In this document: positions 19,284-26,502 of the stretch, piece by piece
Layout: each line of letters opens with the position of its first letter
Position numbering within the stretch: position 1 is the stretch's first letter
Assembly: GCA_025449535.1 (NCBI GenBank)
Contig: JANWJF010000001.1
Coordinates: 485,136-549,135 of the forward strand
Reading direction: 5' to 3'
DNA from: Candidatus Saccharimonadia bacterium
GTDB lineage: Bacteria > Patescibacteriota > SICC01
Length of the DNA stretch: 64,000 nt
Notes under the pieces: model-generated
What the model saw: only the letters and a program-made list of their open reading frames with translations
Told to the model about the DNA's origin: nothing
Database searches by the model: none
Program-made: the position numbers and the translations under genes

Positions 19284-19712
19284 CTAGCGTTTCGCCTTGG
19301 CTGTGCGCTTCATGCGCGTGCCGAGCGTCGTCTTGATCTTCCCGACGATGTCGTCCGGAAGGTGGAAGGTCTTCACCAGGAATTCCTTCGCCCCGAGCGA
19401 GAGCGCCAACCGCTTGTCGTTGTCCGCGCGCTCACCGCCGAGATTGGTCAGGACGATCACCGGGATCCGCTTGGTGGCGGCCTGTTCGCCGAGCTTCTTC
19501 AGCACCTCGAACCCGTTCAACTCCGGCAGCATGATGTCGAGCAGGATCAGGTCCGGCTTCAGGCGCCGGGCGAGGGCTAGGCCCTCCTTGCCGTCCGTCG
19601 CCATGGTGACCCGGAACGTCTCGAGCTCCAGCTTGGTCTGATACAGCTCGGTGAGCATCGGATCGTCTTCGATGAGCAGGATATGGCCGCTAGCTTCCGA
19701 CATAATCACCAA
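19284..19712 (-). CDS. response regulator, receiver domain only (CheY-like)
   Basis: DD..D..K receiver pattern (LLIEDDP, LILLDIMLP, VLTNLG). Confidence 0.8.
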   Translation of the reverse strand: MVIMSEASGHILLIEDDPMLTELYQTKLELETFRVTMATDGKEGLALARRLKPDLILLDIMLPELNGFEVLKKLGEQAATKRIPVIVLTNLGGERADNDKRLALSLGAKEFLVKTFHLPDDIVGKIKTTLGTRMKRTAKAKR

Positions 19713-19803
19713 TGATGGGACGCGAGGGACGTCCCGTCAATGGCGCAAGTTCCAAGCCTACCCAGCTGGCGTTTTGGCAGTTGTGACAAAATGGCGCGGG
19801 CGT

Positions 19804-20937
19804 ATGATGGTCCGTACTATGGCGTTCACGTTCTCACCGCCGTTCGCCCGCACCGTCGTCAACCAGGTAATGAGCCTGCTCGGCAAGGACGTCACGTTGA
19901 CCGATCCGGACGGCGCCGTGCTGGCCTCGTACAACCCCGACGCGGTCGGTAGCAAGCTGGACGTCGGCAAGACGGCGTCCGCCTCGGGAATCGTGTCGCT
20001 GGAGGACGGCGTCGGGTTCGCGGTGACGAACAGCGGCACGGCGGTCGGCGTCCTGGTGATCCACGCGGACGGCAAGGAAGTGAAGGACACCGTCCCGATG
20101 ACGCGCAGCCTGGTGGAGCTGCTGATCGGCCGCGAGGCCGACCAAGGCCTCTCCGGCAACCTCGACCAGCTGCTCTGGCAGTTCTTCAACGCCACCACCG
20201 ACGCCGAACGCGAACGGCTGGTCCACGACAGCCAACTGCTGGGACTCGACCTCACCAAGCCGCGGTTCGTGGTCCTGGTGTCCATCCCGGGATTCGCGGA
20301 CAAGCTCACCGCCAGCAAGGACAAGGAGTTGGCGATCGAGCGGATCCGGGACCGGCTGAACCGGGAGATCACGGCGATCTTCCCGACTACCGATGACAAC
20401 GCGATATCCTACTTCGGCCACGACGAGTTCCTGATCCTCAAGGACGCCTCCCGCGGTGAGGAGACGTTCGACCTCTTCCGGAAGAAGAGCGACCGGATGC
20501 TGGCGAACCTCGGTACCGAGGGCGTGACGGCCGGCGTCGGCGGCATCTACCCCGGCCTCAGCGGGCTCAACAACTCGTTTTCCGAGGCGGACTCGGCGCT
20601 GCGGCTGGGCCGGAAGCTCCACGGTCCGGGCAAGGTCTACGAGGTCGGCGACCTCGGGCTGTACGTGGTGTTCGGCAACGTCCCGCGCGACCGTCAGATC
20701 GTCCTGGCCAAGCGCCGGCTGGCGCCGCTGCTTCGGGACGAGCACCTCACCAAGACCGTCCGAGCGTACTTCGGGGCCAACCTCAACCTGACCCAGGCGG
20801 CCAAGGAGCTCCACGTCCATCGCAACACGTTGATTTACCGGCTTCGCAAGGTGAAGGACCTGATCGGCCTCGACCCCGAGGCGTTCGACGACGCCGTCCA
20901 GTTGAAGATGGCGTTGTCGTTGCTGGATTTGTCCTGA
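19804..20937 (+). CDS. CdaR/PucR family transcriptional regulator
   Basis: C-terminal PucR-type HTH LTQAAKELHVHRNTLIYRLRKV; start trimmed to ATG 19804 to avoid the RR gene. Confidence 0.75.
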   Translation: MMVRTMAFTFSPPFARTVVNQVMSLLGKDVTLTDPDGAVLASYNPDAVGSKLDVGKTASASGIVSLEDGVGFAVTNSGTAVGVLVIHADGKEVKDTVPMTRSLVELLIGREADQGLSGNLDQLLWQFFNATTDAERERLVHDSQLLGLDLTKPRFVVLVSIPGFADKLTASKDKELAIERIRDRLNREITAIFPTTDDNAISYFGHDEFLILKDASRGEETFDLFRKKSDRMLANLGTEGVTAGVGGIYPGLSGLNNSFSEADSALRLGRKLHGPGKVYEVGDLGLYVVFGNVPRDRQIVLAKRRLAPLLRDEHLTKTVRAYFGANLNLTQAAKELHVHRNTLIYRLRKVKDLIGLDPEAFDDAVQLKMALSLLDLS

Positions 20938-21191
20938 ACGTCCTGACCGAACTCCGGGTCCAGCCAGCGGGGCGGAACCGGATGACCGCCGGAACGCTGC
21001 TGATCACGGCCGAGCGGCCGACCCCGATTTCCCCGGCTTCAGGGCGCTCCGGACGGTCACCGGTTCCGCCTTGTTCCCGGGCAGGACAAATCCTCGTTGG
21101 GTTTTGGTGGGATTTTCGTAAGTTTGCCTAATGCTCGGTCGGCAAGACGTGGTATGGTATTGTCTGGACTTGATGATTTACTTGATTGCTT

Positions 21192-21473
21192 ATGGCTAAG
21201 AAAGGCACATCCACGGGTACGTCGCGCAGGGGATTCGCCTCCATGACTCCGGCGCGTGTGCGTGAAGTGGCCGCCAAGGGCGGCAAGAAGACCGCCCAGG
21301 GGCACGACATGGCGATGATCGGGCAGGCCGGCGGCAAGGCCACGGCCGAGCGCGGCGCCGCCTACTTCGCGCGAATCGGACGGCTCGGCGGCAAGGCCGG
21401 CAAACGCGGTCCCGCCAAGCAGACTGCCGCTCCGGCGCGGTCTCGGACCAGGACCCGCGGCAGCCAGGCGTGA
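21192..21473 (+). CDS. KGG-repeat general stress protein (YciG/Con7-like)
   Basis: Repeated KGG/GGK motifs (AKGGKKT, AGGKAT, GGKAGKRG). Confidence 0.7.
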   Translation: MAKKGTSTGTSRRGFASMTPARVREVAAKGGKKTAQGHDMAMIGQAGGKATAERGAAYFARIGRLGGKAGKRGPAKQTAAPARSRTRTRGSQA

Positions 21474-21722
21474 GCGCCTTTGGCGAAAGTTCCAACGGTC
21501 GCTCCGGGAAGCGGCCGGTTTTTTGGCGGTTCCTCCATCGTACCGGCCATCCCGGCCCGGTAGCGTGGTAACCGGACGACAGGGCGTCCACTTCACAACA
21601 AGGATCTCCGCAGGGCAACTCCTACAAGTAGTGTCGCATCGGACCCGTGACTCCCGTCGGCCCGTGGGCCGCCGGGGCACCGGACCACTTAGCATCACCA
21701 GGGTTTAGCACCGAGAGATCCA

Positions 21723-22277
21723 TCAGCCGCGAGTAGAGGCCCCGAGCGTCTCGGGGCCTTCGTGGCGTGCCGGTCTCGAGGCGAAGAGCAGCTGGGGCGC
21801 GGTCTTGTCCCGGGATTTGGCAAGCCGGTAGACCGGCAAGGGTTCGTGCCGCCGGACCCGTCGTCCTTCGGGCAACCGGATCGGCAGGACCGGTCCGAGC
21901 AACAGGTTGGTGAGGATCGCCTGGGCGACGAGTACGCTTTCCTTCACGAGGTGCTTCTTCCCCGTGGCGATGGTCACGTGGTACGTGCCGATCGGGTCGC
22001 GGCGCCAATTCCAGGTGGTCTGGCCGCTGGCGCAAAGGCCGCGGCGCTCGAGGATCGCCAGCATCACGTGCTCGAACACGTGGCCGAGCTCGGTGTCCTC
22101 CAGCTCCTCCGTGAACGGCAGGCCGCTGCGGTTGTAACAAAGATGCTCCCGGAGGGAGGGGAGCATGTCGAGGAGGTGGGCGCGGAGTTGGTCGACTTGG
22201 GAACTGTAGAGGGAGTGGTGGAACCGGATCGTGATCCGGGTATGCCGGGGGAAGAACGTGATGGCGCTGATTTCCAT
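21723..22277 (-). CDS. standalone cyanophycin synthetase N-terminal domain-like protein
   Basis: LPSLREHLCY ... GHVFEHVMLA ... GTYHVTIA align with the CphA N-terminal domain (LPSLVEHFC ... GHIVEHVALE ... GVYNVVYE) from memory. Confidence 0.55.
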   Translation of the reverse strand: MEISAITFFPRHTRITIRFHHSLYSSQVDQLRAHLLDMLPSLREHLCYNRSGLPFTEELEDTELGHVFEHVMLAILERRGLCASGQTTWNWRRDPIGTYHVTIATGKKHLVKESVLVAQAILTNLLLGPVLPIRLPEGRRVRRHEPLPVYRLAKSRDKTAPQLLFASRPARHEGPETLGASTRG

Positions 22278-22466
22278 GGCCCTTGTTTATGGACCCACCC
22301 TAGTTATCTACATCTAGTGGGTCAATCCACAGCAATCCCCAATATGTGGAACATTCCTGTGCCTGTCATCCCCAGCGCTCGGCTGGGTTATACACTTCCT
22401 TGCCTGTCGGGGATACCCCAGGGACCTTTCGCGTGTCCACGCCCGGGCGGTGTATAGTAGGCAGCA

Positions 22467-23000
22467 ATGGCGGTAAATCCCGTATTGAACCAGTCCCCGA
22501 ACCGGATCCGGAACGCCTTCCTACTCGGCGCCGGGGTCGGCGTGGTGATCGCGCTGGTACTCGGCGCGCTGATCCGCGGAGGCGCGGCCAGCGCCGACGA
22601 CCTCAAGGGCGTCGAGGAGCGGCTGACCGCGATCGAGGAGAAGCTGGCGACGCCGACCCCGGTCCCGAAGGCCAGTGCCGCGCCGGAATCACTCACGCTC
22701 AGCGCCATCAACGAATCGCCCGAGAAGCACATCGGCCAGACGGTCGAGCTGTCCGGCAAGGTGTCCAGCGAACACCAGGGCGTCGGGTTCATCCTGGTCG
22801 ACGCGGACGGCAGCTACCTCTGGGTGCATACCAACGCGAACATCCCGGAAGGCACCGCGACCGTGAAGGGCAAGGTGGTCAAGCTGGAGGACCAGCTCGC
22901 GGAGTGGAAGAGCGAGCCGGGCTGGCCGGATGACGACACCACGCTCACCTCGCGGCTGCGCGAGGAAGTGATCTTCGTCGAGGCGGAGGACGTCTCCTGA
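22467..23000 (+). CDS. hypothetical membrane-anchored protein
   Basis: N-terminal TM then soluble domain; ORF track. Confidence 0.45.
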   Translation: MAVNPVLNQSPNRIRNAFLLGAGVGVVIALVLGALIRGGAASADDLKGVEERLTAIEEKLATPTPVPKASAAPESLTLSAINESPEKHIGQTVELSGKVSSEHQGVGFILVDADGSYLWVHTNANIPEGTATVKGKVVKLEDQLAEWKSEPGWPDDDTTLTSRLREEVIFVEAEDVS

Positions 23001-23284
23001 TGCCGACGTTGGTGGTCAGCTGGATCGTGGTGGGCGCCCTGGCCGGGTTCCTGACCTATTCGTTGTCCCGACGCCGGCTGCCGGGCGGCTTGTTCGCGAA
23101 CCTCGTGGTGGGTATCGTCGGCGCCTTGGTCGGTGGGTACCTGATTTCCGACACCACCGGCACCGACGTCGCCCGCGGCGCGGTGACCTGGGGCATCCTG
23201 GCCGCTGCCCTGGTCGCGGCCCTGACCGCCTCGTTCATCGTCCAAGGCGAAGCGAAGGCGCGGACGAACGGACAGAAATCTTAG
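23000..23284 (+). CDS. GlsB/YeaQ/YmgE family stress-response membrane protein
   Basis: Three glycine-rich TM helices typical of the transglycosylase-associated family. Confidence 0.75.
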   Translation: MPTLVVSWIVVGALAGFLTYSLSRRRLPGGLFANLVVGIVGALVGGYLISDTTGTDVARGAVTWGILAAALVAALTASFIVQGEAKARTNGQKS

Positions 23285-23832
23285 AGTCGGTACACCGTAT
23301 GGTTGGCGGGGTTCATGCCTTCTTCAACCGTGTCGTCCTTGACGACTGCTAAGACGACCTCTTTAATCGTCCCTACGCAGACGCAGCCGTCCTTTAGGTA
23401 CTTTAGGGCTTCCCCATACTGCCTTGCGGGTAAATCTCGCCCGATCGTAATGTGGGGTTCGAAGTTCTTTTCGTACTCCTGGTGACGAGCATCGACATAG
23501 TTGGTGTACTGAACCAGAGCCGACAAGAGCGCTCTCTGAAGGTTGACCAACTGCCGGGCAGACTGGGCACGAATCATGATCGTACTGTCTGGCTCCGTTT
23601 GCTTAGCGACAACTTCATCAAAACGGACAGTCATTTTTCCAGGTAGCTTTCGGTTTGAGAAAAAGTGGTCTAGTTGATTTCGTATTGTGGGAACTTTTTC
23701 ATCTTCTATGAAGCAAGGCTGCTTCAAGGTGTTGTGGAAGTGCCACGGCTCGTCGTACTTTTTTCGAAACTCGTCCAACCAGTCAGGCCGCTCCGTCAGA
23801 CGGAGTTTCGTGTAAACGGCGAATATCCTCAT
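23284..23832 (-). CDS. 2H phosphoesterase superfamily (LigT-like) protein, low-GC
   Basis: Two HxTx motifs (HNTL, HITI); N-terminal part of the listed ORF overlaps tRNAs and is trimmed. Confidence 0.55.
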
Positions 23833-23906
23833 GGTGGCAGTGGCAGGATTCGAACCTGCGACCAACAGCTTATGAGTCTGCTGCTCTACCGCTGAGCTAC
23901 ACTGCC
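23832..23906 (-). tRNA. tRNA-Met (CAT), elongator or Ile2-type
   Basis: Reverse complement folds as a tRNA: ggcagtg...cactgcc acceptor, loop cuCAUaa, GGTTCGAATCC, CCA encoded. Confidence 0.85.
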
Positions 23907-23947
23907 GTGCCCGTACAGTATACGAAATGCCTACCCGTAGGTAGGCA

Positions 23948-24019
23948 TTTCTCCGTGTAGCGGGGGCAGGATTCGAACCTGCGACCTCGTGGTTATGAGC
24001 CACGCGAGCTGCCACTGCT
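23948..24019 (-). tRNA. tRNA-Met (CAT), initiator-like (1:72 mismatch)
   Basis: Reverse complement gcggggtggagcag...ctcataa...ggttcgaatcctgcccccgct resembles bacterial tRNA-fMet. Confidence 0.7.
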
Positions 24020-24087
24020 CCACCCCGCAATGCGCCGGCACGTCTTTGTGTCGGTTGTATCAGTATAAGAAGTCCGCCACGGGACCG

Positions 24088-24930
24088 TCAATGAGCGTCC
24101 GGACGGGGCCTTTGGAGCTTGCCTCGCGACGTGCCACCCCGCTTCAACGACTCGATGGCTTCCGCCGGACGGTCCGACCGCATCAGCGCGGTCCCGATCA
24201 GTACGGCGTCCACGCCGCGGGCGTTGTACTTGCGCAGCTTCTGCCGCGACTTCGCGTCCACGCCGAACCCGCTTTCCGTGACGACGGTCACGCCTTCCGG
24301 CGTAGCCTCCAGCAACTCTCCGGTCACGGCGACGTCCACCGGCAGGCCCTCTGCGCGCAAGTTCCGATTGTTGATGCCGATGATCCCGGCGCCGGATCGG
24401 ACCGCCCGGTCCAGGTCCTCCGCGTCATGGGCTTCCACGAGCGCGTCCAGGCCGAAACTCTCGGCGTATTCGCGGAGATACCGCAGCTGTTTCGCATCCA
24501 ACTGGCTGGCGATCAGCAGCACCGCGTCGGCGCCGAAGGCCTTGGCCTCGAGCAACTGGTACGGATGGGTGAGGAAGTCCTTGCGCAGCAGCGGCTGGGA
24601 AGTCCGTTCCCGCAACGCGGCCAGGTGCCGGAGCGAACCGCCGAACTTCGTCTCCTCGGTGAGCACCGAGATCGCGTCGGCAGGCGCATACAGCTCGGCG
24701 ATCTCATCGGGACTGACATCCCGAATGCTACCTTCCGTCGGGGAAGCCGGCTTGTATTCGGCGATCACCGACAAGCCGTCCGTGCGCAACGCCCGACCGA
24801 AGCAACCGTCGCGGTGGCGCCAGCGTTCGACTTGCTCGATCAGCGCGCCCAGCCGGACCTCCTCGCGCCGCCGCATCGCGGCCTCCAGCGAGGCTTCCGA
24901 GAGTTCCTCCAGTACGGCAGGGGTTTCCAT
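24088..24930 (-). CDS. trpC: indole-3-glycerol phosphate synthase
   Basis: VIAEYKPASPTEG, LRKDF, LLIAS motifs of TrpC. Confidence 0.85.
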   Translation of the reverse strand: METPAVLEELSEASLEAAMRRREEVRLGALIEQVERWRHRDGCFGRALRTDGLSVIAEYKPASPTEGSIRDVSPDEIAELYAPADAISVLTEETKFGGSLRHLAALRERTSQPLLRKDFLTHPYQLLEAKAFGADAVLLIASQLDAKQLRYLREYAESFGLDALVEAHDAEDLDRAVRSGAGIIGINNRNLRAEGLPVDVAVTGELLEATPEGVTVVTESGFGVDAKSRQKLRKYNARGVDAVLIGTALMRSDRPAEAIESLKRGGTSRGKLQRPRPDAH

Positions 24931-24949
24931 GACCGGTTACCGTAACAAA

Positions 24950-25792
24950 TCAGTCCTGCCGAAGCGAGGCCATGGCGCCGATTACCCCGGCGTCGTCGCC
25001 GTGCTTGGTTTCGACGATCTCAATCGCCCCGATGCCCTCGAGATGTCCGTTCGTCTTCCGTTCGATCTCGGGAAGGCGTGCTGCCTGCTTCTCGGCTACA
25101 CCGCCGCCCAGCACGAAGCGTGCCGTCGGATGGGCCCGGTACAGGTCGTAAAGTCCCCGGGCGAACCAATCGGTGACGTCGCCCAGCTCCTCGTCCGAGA
25201 GTTCCGCGGGCGGCTTCCCGAACCGCTTCTGCAGGTAGCCGCCGCCGACGTAGGCCTCGAAGCAGCCGTGCCGGCCGCAGTTGCACCGGGGGCTCGACTC
25301 GTCCCAGCGCAGGATCACGTGTCCCGGCTCCGGGGCGCCGACGATCCGCGGCTCGCCCTTATGGAATTCGACGATGCCGCCGCCGACGCCGGTACCCCAG
25401 GTGATGACCCAGCAGTCCTCGCTGTGGTCACCGAACGCGGCTTCGGCCCAGGCCGCCGCTTCTGCGTCGTTGACCAGCTTGATTCGGCAGCCGAACGACG
25501 CCTCCAGGTCGGCCTTGAGCGGCTTGCCACCCCAGTCCTTTAGATTAGCCGAGTGAAGTAACCCGGAACCATCCGGTGCATGTTCCCCCGCGACGCCCAG
25601 GCCGATGCCAGACGGGGATTCCTCGCCGACCAGGCTCCGGACCGCTTCGCCGAGCCGCTCCAGGTCGTCCGCATACGTGCCGCTGACCTCGAAGCGTTCG
25701 CGGCCCTTGATCTCGTCCGAATCCAACCCGTCGAACTCGGCGACCCGTCCGGACGTGCCGCCGATGTCGATACCGATGTACTTCTCACTCAT
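24950..25792 (-). CDS. ROK family sugar kinase (glucokinase-like)
   Basis: N-terminal GIDIGGT and ROK zinc motif CNCGRHGCFE. Confidence 0.8.
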   Translation of the reverse strand: MSEKYIGIDIGGTSGRVAEFDGLDSDEIKGRERFEVSGTYADDLERLGEAVRSLVGEESPSGIGLGVAGEHAPDGSGLLHSANLKDWGGKPLKADLEASFGCRIKLVNDAEAAAWAEAAFGDHSEDCWVITWGTGVGGGIVEFHKGEPRIVGAPEPGHVILRWDESSPRCNCGRHGCFEAYVGGGYLQKRFGKPPAELSDEELGDVTDWFARGLYDLYRAHPTARFVLGGGVAEKQAARLPEIERKTNGHLEGIGAIEIVETKHGDDAGVIGAMASLRQD

Positions 25793-25816
25793 AACTGAAC
25801 GAGTATACGAGAATCA

Positions 25817-26206
25817 TCATCCTTTGCCAAAAAAGTACTCCCACCATTGCTCGGGATTGGACGGCGGCGTTTCCGGACGGGCGCGCTCGCCGGGCTGGGT
25901 GATACTGACCAGCTCTTCGTTCTTCGGCTTCGGTACTACCACTACGCGCTCGCCGGGCCGCTGGTAGCCGAGCCGGGCCCGCGCCTCCTTCTCCTTGTAG
26001 GAGTCGGTGCGATAGTACGCGAGCAAGCTCTTCAGCTCGAGGTTCCGTTGCTTCAGCTCGTCTATCTCGTGCGAAAGGATCTTCTCGTCCTGGTGGACGC
26101 GGTAGTTCTCGTAGATCAGCTTGCCGGAACCGAGCAGCAGGTAGGCGAAGACCAGCACGCCGAAGGCGGTGATCGCGCGCCGCTTGAGCCATTCCGTGCG
26201 GTCCAT
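25817..26206 (-). CDS. septum formation initiator (FtsB/DivIC-like) protein
   Basis: N-terminal TM followed by coiled coil (EIDELKQRNLELKSLL). Confidence 0.55.
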   Translation of the reverse strand: MDRTEWLKRRAITAFGVLVFAYLLLGSGKLIYENYRVHQDEKILSHEIDELKQRNLELKSLLAYYRTDSYKEKEARARLGYQRPGERVVVVPKPKNEELVSITQPGERARPETPPSNPEQWWEYFFGKG

Positions 26207-26317
26207 AGTGACAGCTTACCGCTTTGGCCGTCAGCTATCAGGCGTCGGATGATAAGGATAAGCTGGTAAGTGTGGAAACATGCGGGAAGAGGACTTTCAC
26301 ATCTTCGCTCGCTCGTC

Positions 26318-26390
26318 GGGCCCGTAGCTCAGCGGTTAGAGCACCCGGCTCATAACCGGGCGGTCCTAGGTTCGAATCCTAGCGGGCCCA
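26318..26390 (+). tRNA. tRNA with CAT anticodon (Met or lysidine-modified Ile2)
   Basis: gggcccg/cgggccc acceptor, clean anticodon stem cccgg/ccggg, loop cuCAUaa. Confidence 0.85.
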
Positions 26391-26502
26391 CAATTTGTAG
26401 ATATTTTCCCGAGCCAAGGCCCAGGAAATACGAGACGCTTTAAAAACCCCTTGGTTACTTGACTTTTATGCTCATTTGGACTACTGTGAGACAATTTTGA
26501 AG

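Noticed and set aside
21737-21762. Perfect 10-bp hairpin aggccccgag-cgt-ctcggggcct
   Set aside because: Lies inside the 3' coding region of the CphA-N-like gene with no U-tract. Probably coincidental or mRNA secondary structure rather than a terminator.
21057-22140. ORFs 21057-21698 (-), 21196-21618 (-), 21622-22140 (-)
   Set aside because: Arg/Pro-rich frames overlapping the KGG protein gene, intergenic DNA and the CphA-N-like gene; no support.
23833-24030. N-terminal 66 codons of the listed 249-aa ORF (23281-24030)
   Set aside because: This part runs across two tRNA genes. The protein-like, lower-GC portion starts at the internal ATG at 23832, so the CDS was trimmed.
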